64,000 bases of DNA from Desulfobacterales bacterium (GCA_040769985.1 JAXGJZ010000004.1:105023-169022); one strand, 5' to 3'. Counted from the stretch's first letter, positions 29,271 to 40,118 are shown. Numbers and translations are program-made. The notes: a model not told the origin generated them from the sequence alone.

Positions 29271-29366
29271 ATGAAAGGGTTCAGTACCGATCAGTTGATT
29301 TTTGCTCTCATCGTCGGAGCCGCCGTCCTGGGCATTACCGTCTATCGGGTTTTTTTTATCTTCTGA
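29271..29366 (+). CDS. possible 31-aa single-TM peptide
   Basis: The peptide reads MKGFSTDQLIFALIVGAAVLGITVYRVFFIF. The SD is weak and I recognise no family. Confidence 0.2.
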   Translation: MKGFSTDQLIFALIVGAAVLGITVYRVFFIF

Positions 29367-29522
29367 TAAACAAGTGTTTTTTATAAGCCGTTGTTGATTT
29401 AAAAAAACGAACCCGAATCTTCGATCGCAGATCAAACACTCCGTAGCTCCCGGACGCGGAAAACGGACTCATCGTCACGATTCTCCAGGTCCAAGCCGAT
29501 TGCAAAAGCTTTCAAACGGCAA

Positions 29523-30242
29523 TCATAGAACTTCCTCAATTTCTCTTGCAATACGAATGGCAGCCGCCGCCGGATCTATTGCGTCTCTTATCGGCCTTCC
29601 GATTACCAGATAATCCGATCCATTTTTAACGGCATCCGCCGGTGTTGTCACTCTGCGTTGATCCGCCGTTTCCACTCCTTCCCAGCAAGGGCGGATTCCA
29701 GGCGTCACCACCGTGAAATCCTTTCCGAAATTTTCTTTTATCATTCTCACTTCCAGCCCGGAGCAGACAACGCCGCTGCAACCGGCTTTCTTGGCCATCG
29801 TAGCCCTTTTAATCACGAGCCGAGACAGATCGGAAAAAAATTCTTTTTTAAATCCAGCATCTCGAATATCTTCACTGAGGACGCTGGTTAAGATCGTAAC
29901 CCCAAGAACGCCGACTTTTCCGGCTGCGCCCGAAACAGCCGCTTCGAGCATTCTCTTGGATTCACCGCAGTGAACCGTAGCAAGTTCAACTCCAAGCTCC
30001 GCGATCGCTTCCATGGTCCGTGAAACCGTAGCCGGAATATCATGCAGCTTCAAGTCCAGAAATACGCCGGCAGTGCCCGTCTTTCTGATCCGTCTGATAA
30101 CTTCAGGTCCGGTTCGGGCAAAAAGTTCCAAACCGACTTTGAACATCCCGACATACGGCGTTAGAAGTTCAATATATTTCTTTGCCTCCTTGGTTGAGGA
30201 TACGTCCAGCGGGAAAATAATATAATCTTTGGCATGTTTCAC
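29523..30242 (-). CDS. pyrF: orotidine-5'-phosphate decarboxylase
   Basis: The motifs IFPLDV, FLDLKLHDIP and VIGRPI are present. I moved the start to GTG 30242, which has GGAGG 7 nt upstream. Confidence 0.9.
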   Translation of the reverse strand: MKHAKDYIIFPLDVSSTKEAKKYIELLTPYVGMFKVGLELFARTGPEVIRRIRKTGTAGVFLDLKLHDIPATVSRTMEAIAELGVELATVHCGESKRMLEAAVSGAAGKVGVLGVTILTSVLSEDIRDAGFKKEFFSDLSRLVIKRATMAKKAGCSGVVCSGLEVRMIKENFGKDFTVVTPGIRPCWEGVETADQRRVTTPADAVKNGSDYLVIGRPIRDAIDPAAAAIRIAREIEEVL

Positions 30243-31223
30243 TTCGGAACCTCCGTAATATCCTGATGATGATTCATTCAAGGCCTGCAATGTTCCCTTT
30301 TTACCCTGCTGGAACACCGACGGTTAGGAAAATTCCATTCAATCGTCGTTAGGATCCCAACCAAGCTTTTCTTTCAACTTTGTGTAGGATCTTCCAGATT
30401 TTCAGGGTTTCCGGCAATGGTTCAGCTTGTTCAAGTCAATGATGCGACTTGACAAATCGGTTTCCGAAAACACCGAACCTCGCTCTCTACAAAAAATCCC
30501 CGGAAAAAATTATTTTTGCATCTCGTCGGACTCCGGCTCATTCAAGGCAAAAGCCTTCATATCTCAAATTTTCATATCCATAAAGCGCTTTTTCCGAGCG
30601 CCCTTTTGCCAAATTAATAAATCTATTGAAATCACTCATTTTAAAATGCTATGAATTCTTTCTTATTTATTATCTGATATCGGTAAATTTTTGGCGCAAA
30701 ATTTTTCGTTTATTTTATCCACTGCCATTTTACCCTGCAAAATTGCGATAGCGAAAAAGCCAAGCAGCGATTTCATCGGGTTTTTTTAAAAAAAACTGAT
30801 GAAAGGTTGGCAATGCGATTCCGGGGCAAACTGGAATTCGAAGATTCAATTCGTTTACTGCTTGTGGGACCAATGCCCGACTTGAGTATCTTTTCATAAG
30901 TTGGGCATCTCGGATGAGGGGTAGAAAATTCGTTGAAGCCGTCACCCATCATCACCGTCTCGAAAAGGCAACGATAACGGGCTCAGAAACCATCGTGTAT
31001 CCGACATATCTTCGCATCTTAAAATCCGTTCGGGGCATCAAGATGAAAGACATCGACACCCTTTCTCTTTCATCCCGGCCGGAGAAAAATCAGGCTTTTC
31101 ATTCCCGAATTTTCAGATATCGTGCATCTCATACCAATAGGGGAATACAGGCCGTCGCCCGAATCGGCAACAAAAAACATAAAGATTCGATTCCTGTTCT
31201 TTATGGATGTGTTTTATCGAAAG

Positions 31224-32663
31224 ATGAGCATGAAAATGGAAATTAATGAAAAACAACAGGCTTTATTACGGGCACTTCCCGGCATTGACCGTATGTTTGA
31301 ACTTGTAAAAGCGGAAGACTTTGCCGAAGAAATACCAAAATCCGTTTTAGTCCGTTCCGCTCGATTGGTTGTTGAAAACCTGAGAAACGACATTCTTGAA
31401 GGCGGGAAGCATATCACCGAAACAAACCTGTCTGATCAACGGATAATTGAAAAGATAAAATTTCAGGTTAAAAAATCAATGTCGATCAACCTGATGCGAA
31501 CTATCAATGCCACCGGAATCGTGGTGCACACCAATCTTGGTCGATCTCTCCTTGCCTCCGATGCGGTTGACAATCTCTTGCTCATCGCCAGCCGATACTC
31601 AAATTTGGAATACGACTTGTCAACCGGAAAGCGGGGTTCCAGATACAAATGTGTCGAAGATATTCTCTGTGAAATCAGCACGGCGGAGGCAGCTATGGTG
31701 GTAAACAATAATGCAGGGGCCGTGCTGCTGTGTCTGGATACGATGGCAAAGGGGAAATCGGTTGTTGTTTCACGGGGGGAACTCGTGGAAATCGGAGGCT
31801 CTTTCAGGGTTCCGGACGTAATGGCCAAAAGCGGCGGTATTTTAAAGGAAGTCGGCACGACAAACCGGACCCATCTTAAGGATTATGAAAGCGCCATTGA
31901 TAATAACACCGGTCTGTTGTTAAAAGTTCATACCAGCAATTATGCCATTGTCGGTTTCACTACGGCAGTTTCACTTAAGGAACTGGTTACCCTTGGTAAA
32001 AAATATTGTCTTCCCGTCATGGAGGACCTGGGAAGTGGGACATTTATCGATTTTTCGAAATACGGCCTGATCAAGGAGCCGACGGTCCAGGATGCCGTGG
32101 CGTCCGGCGTGGATGTGGTGACCTTCAGCGGAGACAAGCTCCTTGGAGGTCCGCAAGCCGGTATCATTCTCGGCAGGAAGGAAATCCTCGACAAAATCAA
32201 GAGTAATCCCCTTACCCGTGCGCTTCGTATCGACAAGTTAACTCTTTCATCGCTGGAAAGCACTCTTCGCCTTTACCGGAATGAAGAAAAGGCAATTGAT
32301 GCCATACCGACGCTACGCATGTTGACACTTCCTTTTGAATCCATTGCGCTCAAAGCAAAACAGCTCGCCGGGATGCTGGAGAGTATCGGCAACCCGAACT
32401 TGAATGTTAAACGATTCAACCGGCCTTCGAAAGCCGGAGGAGGATCGCTGCCGTTCCTGGATCTTCCGAGCAAATGTATCGGTGTTCGAGTCAATGGAAT
32501 GTCCGTCAATGCATTGGAAAGACGCATGCGCGAAAATATCCCTCCGATTATCGGAAGGATTGAAGAAGATTTATTTATGATGGATTTAAGAACCATACAG
32601 GATGATGAATTGTCAATCATCGAAAATGCTTTCAAGGATATACTAAAAAAGGCCGAATCATGA
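31224..32663 (+). CDS. selA: L-seryl-tRNA(Sec) selenium transferase
   Basis: It has LPGIDRM near the N-terminus and the PLP region FSGDKLLGGPQAG. The start could be ATG 31224, 31230 or 31236; I judge the track's 31122 start too long. Confidence 0.9.
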   Translation: MSMKMEINEKQQALLRALPGIDRMFELVKAEDFAEEIPKSVLVRSARLVVENLRNDILEGGKHITETNLSDQRIIEKIKFQVKKSMSINLMRTINATGIVVHTNLGRSLLASDAVDNLLLIASRYSNLEYDLSTGKRGSRYKCVEDILCEISTAEAAMVVNNNAGAVLLCLDTMAKGKSVVVSRGELVEIGGSFRVPDVMAKSGGILKEVGTTNRTHLKDYESAIDNNTGLLLKVHTSNYAIVGFTTAVSLKELVTLGKKYCLPVMEDLGSGTFIDFSKYGLIKEPTVQDAVASGVDVVTFSGDKLLGGPQAGIILGRKEILDKIKSNPLTRALRIDKLTLSSLESTLRLYRNEEKAIDAIPTLRMLTLPFESIALKAKQLAGMLESIGNPNLNVKRFNRPSKAGGGSLPFLDLPSKCIGVRVNGMSVNALERRMRENIPPIIGRIEEDLFMMDLRTIQDDELSIIENAFKDILKKAES

Positions 32664-34033
32664 CCCAAGACCCACAATCATTGTATCGTAAACGCAGTTC
32701 AACTCGCGAATTTTTGCTTTATAAAACCGATTATAAAACCGGAAAAAGTCAAACCCGGGTGGATAAAACAGAGGAGCAACCGGCTGCCGGTTTGGATGAA
32801 TTATCACAAGTATTCCCCGACCTTCTTGCCGGAAAAACATTTATCGAGTCTTCCACCGCCCGCTTGGATTCTTTTTCAACATTTGGGGCGATGGCGATCC
32901 GGCTCAACCGGCTATCCGGTGACCCAGCAGCCTACGGAAACGATCATGAAACCGGACCACATCCCGATGTATGGATTGCCCTTGCCAAGATCATAGATGA
33001 ATTTTGTAAAAACGAAACCGGGATATGGGGACTGCTCAATCGTGACACCTTTGGTTGTTTTTTCCCTGAAAAAAATGAATACTTCTGCCTGGAAGCAGCC
33101 TCTAAAATTCAGAAAACCCTTTCAGGGCGTTTCAAAGAAACCGTTACGGTCGGAACCGCCGGATACCCGACCCTGGACTTCGACAAAAGGCGGATTCTTG
33201 AAAACGCCTGCAAGGCACTCGATCATGCGGCATTTTTCGGACCGAACAGTGCGGTATCCTTCGACGCCGTGAGCCTGAATATCAGTGGGGACAAACGATA
33301 CCAAGAAGGAGACATCCAAGGAGCCATTGAAGAATTTGAGACCGGTCTTCGGATCGATCCTTCTGACGCAAACCTTCATAACAGCTTAGGTGTTTGCTAC
33401 GGGGTGGAAGGTGATTTTAAAAAAGCTTTTAAAGAATTTGAAACCGCTTCCCGAATTGATTCCAGTGAGGTCATGGCCATCTATAACCTGGGAATTGTCA
33501 GCTTGATGATGAACCAAAAAGAAAAAGCGCTTGAATACTTTCTCAGAGCAGACGAGATTGCAGACAATATATTTGAGGTGGCCTTTCAAGCCGGAAGGCT
33601 TTACCAGGAATTGGGGCCGCCCGATCACGCAAAAAAATTCCTCGAAAAAGCGATTGCGCTGAACCCGGAATCAGGCTCGGCTTTCCGATGCCTTGGTGAT
33701 TGTTATAGCTCAATCGACATGACCCGCGAGGCACTTGCCGCATATAAAAAAGCCATTAAACAGAACCCGAATGATGCGGCTTCACTTTCGGCTCTTGGAT
33801 ATCTTTATAATGTCCAGGGGGAAAATCCGGAAATTGCCGAAACGTTTTGTCGTCAAAGTGTAAAAATTGCCCCAGGCAATGGTCTTTTCAGGCATCGGCT
33901 TGGGATGATCTATTTACAGGAGAATCGGCTTGATGACGCACTGGCGGAATTGAAAACAGCAAGAAAACTCGGGCACGACTCTGCGGAACTTATCGAAAAC
34001 ATTGAAAATCGGCTTACGGTAAAAAATTCGTGA
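32660..34033 (+). CDS. degenerate GGDEF domain fused to TPR repeats
   Basis: The GGDEF-fold region has RDTFG in place of GGDEF, and about six TPR units follow. Its ATG overlaps the selA stop (ATGA). Confidence 0.75.
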   Translation: MTQDPQSLYRKRSSTREFLLYKTDYKTGKSQTRVDKTEEQPAAGLDELSQVFPDLLAGKTFIESSTARLDSFSTFGAMAIRLNRLSGDPAAYGNDHETGPHPDVWIALAKIIDEFCKNETGIWGLLNRDTFGCFFPEKNEYFCLEAASKIQKTLSGRFKETVTVGTAGYPTLDFDKRRILENACKALDHAAFFGPNSAVSFDAVSLNISGDKRYQEGDIQGAIEEFETGLRIDPSDANLHNSLGVCYGVEGDFKKAFKEFETASRIDSSEVMAIYNLGIVSLMMNQKEKALEYFLRADEIADNIFEVAFQAGRLYQELGPPDHAKKFLEKAIALNPESGSAFRCLGDCYSSIDMTREALAAYKKAIKQNPNDAASLSALGYLYNVQGENPEIAETFCRQSVKIAPGNGLFRHRLGMIYLQENRLDDALAELKTARKLGHDSAELIENIENRLTVKNS

Positions 34034-34552
34034 CGCAAGGTCCGATCCCCCCCGCCAAGATGCTTAATCCATGGAGCGGCCTGTTTCACCGCTAATCGTT
34101 TATTACGCAAATGATGCGATGAAAACAACTTGCATGAAAAGAGAAATATACCGTATCTGCAATATAAAATGCGTCTGACCCGCTTAAAAAGATTAACAGA
34201 TCGTTTTCCATGCATGCGGATATCGTTCGGAGATACCTGTATCGTCCCCGCCCCCGTACGTTCCTGAAAAAAAGTTGTCGCCGCTTTTTTTCATCGCTCT
34301 TTTTATGGAAGTCCCGAGTCGCATGATTGCCAGCGATATGAAGCAATGAAATACCTTATCACCGAAAAAGCCGATTCTTTCTATGGGTATCCACCAGCCA
34401 TTGTTTTTGCGGTTTTCGGTTTCCATTCACAAGATGCAGATCGGCCCCTGGGTGCGGAGAAGCGGAATCAGGGGAGATGAAATTTACTGTAATGAACAAG
34501 GAATAAGCCCGGCGTCCATAGGGCTGTGCATCGACCAAGGAACGATGATAAA

Positions 34553-35458
34553 ATGAATAAAGTCTGGATCGCGCTCGGGCTAACCGTGTTTGCGGGTATG
34601 GCAACCGGTATTGGAAGTGCCATCGCATTTACAGCCAAGAGAACCAATTACCGCTTCCTTTCCGTTGCTACGGGTTTCTCAGCGGGCGTGATGATCTATG
34701 TATCGTTTGTGGAGATTTTTTATAAAGGGGCGGAGGCACTTACAGCAACCTATGGCGACTACTGGGGACACTGGATCAATACGGCGTCTTTTTTCGGGGG
34801 TATCCTTTTAATCGGCATTGTAGACAACCTTGTGCCGAAAGCCAAGAATCCTCATGAAACACATTCTGAACAGGAAACGGCGCCACTTCATGATCCCTCT
34901 GCTCCCTTGCCGGCATTTACTTCGGAAGCCGGAGAATATGCAAAAAGATCTGTTTGCCGTGTCCACGCCCCTTGCAGCCGCCAAAATACACTCATTCGCA
35001 CGGGGTTATTCACAGCGCTGGCAATCGCAATTCACAACTTCCCTGAAGGCATGGCAACTTTCTTTGCGACCTTGCAGGACCCGGCTCTGGGTTCGGCGAT
35101 CGCAGTGGCAATTGCGCTACATAACATCCCCGAGGGGATAAGCGTTTCGGTGCCGATTTTCTATGCAACCGGAAATCGCAGGAAGGCATTCACCTATTCC
35201 GTATTAAGCGGTTTGGCGGAACCTTTGGGTGCCGGTATTACATATATTTCGCTACGATTCCTTGTGGGAAACCAGGCCGGAGGAATCCCCGCTCAGGTAA
35301 TGGGTGTACTTTTCGGTGGTGTCGCCGGAATCATGGTTTATATAAGTATAGATGAACTCCTTCCCATAAGCCGGGCATATGGAAAAGGACACGACAGCCT
35401 TTTCGGCCTGATATCTGGAATGGCCGTTATGGCCTTGAGCCTGTTATTGATGAAATAG
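34553..35458 (+). CDS. zupT: ZIP-family zinc transporter ZupT
   Basis: It has [10 protein letters not shown] and ALHNIPEG, the ZIP signature helices. The start is at MNKVWIALG. Confidence 0.9.
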   Translation: MNKVWIALGLTVFAGMATGIGSAIAFTAKRTNYRFLSVATGFSAGVMIYVSFVEIFYKGAEALTATYGDYWGHWINTASFFGGILLIGIVDNLVPKAKNPHETHSEQETAPLHDPSAPLPAFTSEAGEYAKRSVCRVHAPCSRQNTLIRTGLFTALAIAIHNFPEGMATFFATLQDPALGSAIAVAIALHNIPEGISVSVPIFYATGNRRKAFTYSVLSGLAEPLGAGITYISLRFLVGNQAGGIPAQVMGVLFGGVAGIMVYISIDELLPISRAYGKGHDSLFGLISGMAVMALSLLLMK

Positions 35459-35749
35459 CAGAAAAGTAGAAAACCTACTGTTGCAATGGCTTTTGTTTTT
35501 CACAAAAAAACAGCCCAAAAGATTGAGAGATGACAAAAAACAAATCGATCACTTCAACCATGAAGCCCGTCCGCCCATTGCTCGATACCCGGTTTCGGAA
35601 TGTACACACCAGATGATGGGTGAAAACGGAAATTACGGCGTCGTCCCCCAAAAGTTACAAGACGCAACGGGACAATGTCATCGTAACTGTGTTTCGCCAT
35701 TTCTACTCATTTCCGATCTTCCAAGAAGAAGCGAATTGGAAACCCGACG

Positions 35750-36178
35750 ATGAACGGACATCGTAAATCAGTTCCGGTAATAATTAAGTATATACTGTTT
35801 CAGGTTCCGGGATTCATATTGTTTGTCGTGATTCTGTTCCTTCTTGACCGCTGGTTGGATATTCCGGGCTGGATTGTCGGGCTTCTGATTTTTGCCTGGG
35901 TGGCAAAGGATGCGATTCTGTTTCCATTTGTTCGAAAAGCCTATGAGGTGAATAGGGAGGAGGACGGAACTCCGATGCGCGGACTGAAGGGTTTTGCGAA
36001 GGAACGGTTGAGCCCTTCGGGTTACGTGCAAGTGCGTGGAGAGCTGTGGAAGGCCAAGGCATCAGATGAAACTCGGCCGATTGAAAAGGGAGAATGCATA
36101 AAGGTATATAGCATCCGCGGGCTTACGTTAATCGTCGCACCGGAAAACGAAGAGGGGTCAAATCGAGATCTATCGTAA
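35750..36178 (+). CDS. NfeD-family protein
   Basis: Two or three N-terminal TM helices are followed by a C-terminal OB-fold (GYVQVRGELWKAKA...GECIKV). Confidence 0.75.
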   Translation: MNGHRKSVPVIIKYILFQVPGFILFVVILFLLDRWLDIPGWIVGLLIFAWVAKDAILFPFVRKAYEVNREEDGTPMRGLKGFAKERLSPSGYVQVRGELWKAKASDETRPIEKGECIKVYSIRGLTLIVAPENEEGSNRDLS

Positions 36179-36393
36179 TAATATCTCGCTGTTTTTTTCC
36201 GATTCTCCCATGAGCCTTGCGGCAACCCGCAGGGGATACACCGGATGGGCTTTTCAGAAATAAACACCCCTTGATATGGATCACAAAAGGACCTTATCGG
36301 ACAATTCGGCCGCTCCGCATAACAACACAGACTTAAACCACCACAACAATCCCTGAAAGCAGCGGATAATCATGAAGAAAGAAAACGTCACAA

Positions 36394-36732
36394 ATGAAAG
36401 AAATCACCTTAAAGGACTTTGAAATTGTTGAACTGCGTGTCGGTAAAATTATTGAAGTGAAAGATTTCCCTGAAGCAAGAATTCCGGCATACATCGTTAA
36501 GGCCGATTTCGGCCCTGAAATCGGCACAAAAAAATCAAGCGCCAGAGTCACCGACCTTTACTCAAAAAAAGAACTCCTTGGGCGACTTATCATTGCGGTC
36601 ATTAATTTGCCGCCGAAACAGATCGGACCGATTCAATCGGAATTTCTTCTCACCGGCTTTTACCGAGAAGATGGCGCCGTGGTACTCGCCGTTCCTGATA
36701 AAACGGTCCCTCTTGGCAAAAAGCTTGCCTGA
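36394..36732 (+). CDS. csaA: tRNA-binding protein CsaA (EMAP/Trbp111 fold)
   Basis: It has [21 protein letters not shown]...AYIVKADFG, typical of CsaA. Confidence 0.85.
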   Translation: MKEITLKDFEIVELRVGKIIEVKDFPEARIPAYIVKADFGPEIGTKKSSARVTDLYSKKELLGRLIIAVINLPPKQIGPIQSEFLLTGFYREDGAVVLAVPDKTVPLGKKLA

Positions 36733-37172
36733 TCCGTCGCTGAAACTCTGGTGCGGGAGATCCTTCACATCAGCAGGTGAGTTCTCTGATAGATCCGGGT
36801 GAATCCATGCAAGGCAAGCATTGTATAACAGTCCATATGAAAGAACCGAGACTTCATACATGTATTCCTTGTTGTTGCAATGCTGCTTATTCCAGTTTCG
36901 ACGTTTGGCGATGTTTTGTTTATCATATAGGCCGTCTTTACCGATCTTTTACAGATTTTCTTTTTCCTTTATTCCAATGTATAATGATAATAAACGTACG
37001 GCAAATCGCTTGATACCTGGATGGGCTCGCATTTTTAGCGGAGACCAGATTTCTCCAGGAATTAATGCATAATAATTTCAAGTTGATTTTGCCGATATTA
37101 ATGTTTATTGTTGCGTTTTAATGATTTTTTAATCGCAGCGGTATAATTCCATCGAGTAAAGGAAAAATTGGA

Positions 37173-37397
37173 ATGCCTATTTACGAATATCATTGTGAAA
37201 AATGCGATCGAAATTTTGAATGTCTGGTTTTCGGGCAAGAAAGACCGGAGTGTCCCTCGTGCCACAGCAAAAGCGTGAATCGACTGATATCCGCATGCCG
37301 TTTTATCAGCAAGGGGGGAGGCGGTGAAACGGTAAAAACTTCCGCGTCATCATGCAGCGGCTGCAACGCCGCCAGCTGTGCAGGATGCAGTCGCTGA
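37173..37397 (+). CDS. FmdB-family zinc-ribbon protein
   Basis: It begins MPIYEYHCEKCDRNFE...CPSC, the FmdB regulatory zinc-ribbon signature. Confidence 0.8.
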   Translation: MPIYEYHCEKCDRNFECLVFGQERPECPSCHSKSVNRLISACRFISKGGGGETVKTSASSCSGCNAASCAGCSR

Positions 37398-38335
37398 TGG
37401 ACGGGAAGATTAAAATCGGGACAAGAGGCAGTCAACTCGCTCTCTGGCAATCCAACTGGGTAAAATCGGTTCTTGAAGAAAAATATCCTTCCCTCAATGT
37501 TGAACTGGTACCGATAAAAACCAAAGGAGACAAAATCCTTGATGTTCCTCTTGCCATGGTCGGCGGGAAGGGGCTTTTTGTAAAAGAGATTGAAGAGGCG
37601 ATTTTAGATGGACGGGTGGATCTGGCCGTCCACAGCATGAAGGATATGCCTGCTGAAATACCGGAAGGTTTGTGTATCGGCGCCATTCCGGAGCGTGAAT
37701 CCCCGAAAGATGTTCTGATTTCCAAACAAGGACTTCGGCTCTCTGAACTCGGAGCCGGCTCACGAATCGGAACCAGCAGCCTTCGCCGTGCCGCCCAGAT
37801 TCGCCATGCCAGACCCGATCTTCTTATATCGCCCCTTAGAGGCAACCTTGACACGCGCATCAGGAAGCTTCAAAATGAAGACCTGGACGGTATCATCCTG
37901 GCGGCCGCGGGGGTTAAACGCCTGAACCTGGAGAACCGGATCACCGAGTACCTGAACGATGATATCATGCTCCCGGCCGTCGGTCAGGGGGCTCTGTGTA
38001 TCGAAATTCGAAAAAGCGACTCGAAAATCGGTCCGATGGTAGCTGCTCTGGATCACCATCAAACACGGGCAGTGGTAATGGGTGAACGCGCTTTTTTAAA
38101 TCGCCTGGAAGGAGGCTGCCAGGTCCCTATCGCGGCTCATGGAAAAACAGAGAATAAAATATTCACCCTTTGCGGACTTGTCGCGAATGTGGATGGAACC
38201 GTAATCATAAAAGATACGCTTACGGGATCGGAAGAAGAATCGGAATGTATCGGAGTAAAACTTGCGGATCGCCTTCTTTCAATGGGAGCAAAAAAAATAT
38301 TGGAAACACTTAAGGGCGAATCGCTTTTATCCTGA
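37397..38335 (+). CDS. hemC: hydroxymethylbilane synthase
   Basis: It has IKIGTRGSQLALWQ and GTSSLRR. The start is ATG 37397, overlapping the FmdB stop (TGATG). Confidence 0.95.
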   Translation: MDGKIKIGTRGSQLALWQSNWVKSVLEEKYPSLNVELVPIKTKGDKILDVPLAMVGGKGLFVKEIEEAILDGRVDLAVHSMKDMPAEIPEGLCIGAIPERESPKDVLISKQGLRLSELGAGSRIGTSSLRRAAQIRHARPDLLISPLRGNLDTRIRKLQNEDLDGIILAAAGVKRLNLENRITEYLNDDIMLPAVGQGALCIEIRKSDSKIGPMVAALDHHQTRAVVMGERAFLNRLEGGCQVPIAAHGKTENKIFTLCGLVANVDGTVIIKDTLTGSEEESECIGVKLADRLLSMGAKKILETLKGESLLS

Positions 38336-38520
38336 ACAAGCGATTTCGCCGGAATAACGGTCTGTGATATTTTCTAAATGATCTTTCTGTCGACCGCAAA
38401 CCCTTGGGCATTTGAACGATGGAAACGGGTTCGAACCGATTATATTTTATTCCATCCATAACTGCCGGTTTGGCTGTTGAAAACAAAATCGACCCGGACA
38501 CTGCTGAAACGGAATAACCA

Positions 38521-40050
38521 ATGAAAACAATCAAAGGCAAAGTATATCTGGTCGGTGCAGGGCCTGGTGACCCGGAATTAATTACCGTAAAGGGTTTGAA
38601 CTGCATCCAGAGAGCCGATGTGATCATATACGACTATCTCGCATCAAAAATGCTTCTGGAATATGCATCCGATCACGCCGAGCTTATTTATGTCGGGAAA
38701 AAAGGTGGAAATCACACCCTGCCTCAGGATAAGATCAATTCTCTGATTATAGAAAAAGCCCGAAAAGGAGAGGTCGTCACAAGGCTTAAAGGAGGCGATC
38801 CGTTTATATTCGGCCGGGGTGGAGAAGAAGCCGAAATATTGATTGAAGCGGGTATTCCTTTCGAAATCGTACCGGGCGTCACTTCCGCCATCGCAGCACC
38901 TGCCTATGCGGGAATCCCGCTGACTCACCGAAAATTCACCTCAACGGTCGCCTTCGTTACCGGCCATGAAGATCCGAGCAAAGAAGATTCCAGTATCGAC
39001 TGGCCGGCCATTTCAAAAGGCATCGGCACCCTTGTATTTCTGATGGGAGTTAAAAATCTGCCGCATATTACCGGGCAGCTGATCCGCAACGGAATGCACC
39101 CCGATACGCCCATCGCTCTGATTCGCTGGGGTACTACGCCTAAACAGGTCACGGTAACCGGCACGTTGGATAACATCGTGCAGCGGGTGAAAGCGGCTGG
39201 ACTCAAAGCACCTGCCATTATTGTCGTCGGCAATGTAGTCCGTTTAAGAGAAACAATGAAATGGTTTGAAAACCGCCCATTGATGGGCAAAAGAATCGTG
39301 GTGACACGGGCCCGCGAGCAGGCGAGCGAACTGGTCAAACAGCTGACCGAATTGGGAGCCGAGTGCTTGGAATTTCCCACCATTAAAGTTGTCCCGCCGG
39401 ATGACTGGAGACCTTTGGACGCAGCGATTAAAAATCTTTCCTCCTATGACTGGCTGATATTTACCAGCGTCAACGGCGTGACGTTCTTTTTCGAACGGCT
39501 TTTTTCGAAAGACAAAGATCTGCGGGCGCTGAATAACTTGCGAACCGCCGCCATCGGCCCCGCAACCGCCAAAAAACTATTTGAATTCGGCCTTCGAAGC
39601 GACATCGTTCCAGAAAGTTATATGGCCGAATCAATCATTGCGTCTTTTCGGAAAGAAAAGGTAAGGGATCAGCGGATACTCCTTCCGCGGGCAAAAGAAG
39701 CAAGACCGATCCTGCCCGAAGAGCTGAAAAAGATGGGAGCGATTGTTGATGAAGTAGCCGCGTATTGCACAAAAGAAATTCGCGACAACGCCGATAATCT
39801 GTTACAAGAGCTCGAAGGCAGAGCCATCGATCTGATAACATTTACCAGTTCTTCCACGGTAAAAAATTTCAGAGCTATGATCCCAACGGAAAAATTCGAA
39901 TTCTTGCTAAAGGACGTTTCAATTGCCAGCATCGGTCCCATTACCGCCGACACCGCAAAAAAACTGGGATTTGATGTCCACATTATCGCAGAATCATACA
40001 CGATTCCAGGTCTTTGCAGCGCAATTGAGCAATATTTTAGTAAAAATTGA
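38521..40050 (+). CDS. cobA: uroporphyrinogen-III C-methyltransferase / uroporphyrinogen-III synthase fusion
   Basis: The N-terminal SUMT domain (VYLVGAGPGDPELIT, RLKGGDPFIFGRGGEE) is followed by a C-terminal HemD domain. Confidence 0.9.
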   Translation: MKTIKGKVYLVGAGPGDPELITVKGLNCIQRADVIIYDYLASKMLLEYASDHAELIYVGKKGGNHTLPQDKINSLIIEKARKGEVVTRLKGGDPFIFGRGGEEAEILIEAGIPFEIVPGVTSAIAAPAYAGIPLTHRKFTSTVAFVTGHEDPSKEDSSIDWPAISKGIGTLVFLMGVKNLPHITGQLIRNGMHPDTPIALIRWGTTPKQVTVTGTLDNIVQRVKAAGLKAPAIIVVGNVVRLRETMKWFENRPLMGKRIVVTRAREQASELVKQLTELGAECLEFPTIKVVPPDDWRPLDAAIKNLSSYDWLIFTSVNGVTFFFERLFSKDKDLRALNNLRTAAIGPATAKKLFEFGLRSDIVPESYMAESIIASFRKEKVRDQRILLPRAKEARPILPEELKKMGAIVDEVAAYCTKEIRDNADNLLQELEGRAIDLITFTSSSTVKNFRAMIPTEKFEFLLKDVSIASIGPITADTAKKLGFDVHIIAESYTIPGLCSAIEQYFSKN

Positions 40051-40118
40051 ACAAATGTTAAATTTTAGAGCTGATAAACAAATGGAATCGGATGATGTTC
40101 CGATAGGAGATTGAACCA

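Noticed and set aside
30318-31223. A search for tRNA-Sec (selC) or any tRNA next to selA.
   Set aside because: I found no GGAAG-type acceptor start, no CTTCAAA anticodon loop, no GGTTCGA T-loop with matching stems, and no cloverleaf. I saw no tRNA-like T-arm with proper stems anywhere in the window.
34092-34628. Three short minus-strand ORFs in three frames tile this gap and could be read as a frameshifted pseudogene.
   Set aside because: The concatenated translation matches no family I recognise, and one ORF overlaps the zupT start. The pattern is consistent with chance ORFs.
35554-35700. A 48-aa minus-strand ORF (MAKHSYDDIVPLRLVTFGGRRRNFRFHPSSGVYIPKPGIEQWADGLHG) lies between zupT and nfeD.
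   Set aside because: It has no good SD, no recognisable family and no partner gene, so it is not supportable from sequence alone.
36215-36234. The hairpin ccttgcgg-caac-ccgcaggg after nfeD resembles the copy A hairpin ccttgcag-caag-ctgcgggg, including an A-T to G-C compensatory pair.
   Set aside because: Only the hairpin is shared (about 21 of 30 positions) and the conserved flanks are absent. I keep it as a weak possible relative, not a called copy.
40051-40118. A Moco riboswitch is often found upstream of moaA, so I looked for one.
   Set aside because: The gap is only 68 nt and none of the conserved Moco-motif elements are visible. The only structure is a small hairpin next to the SD.
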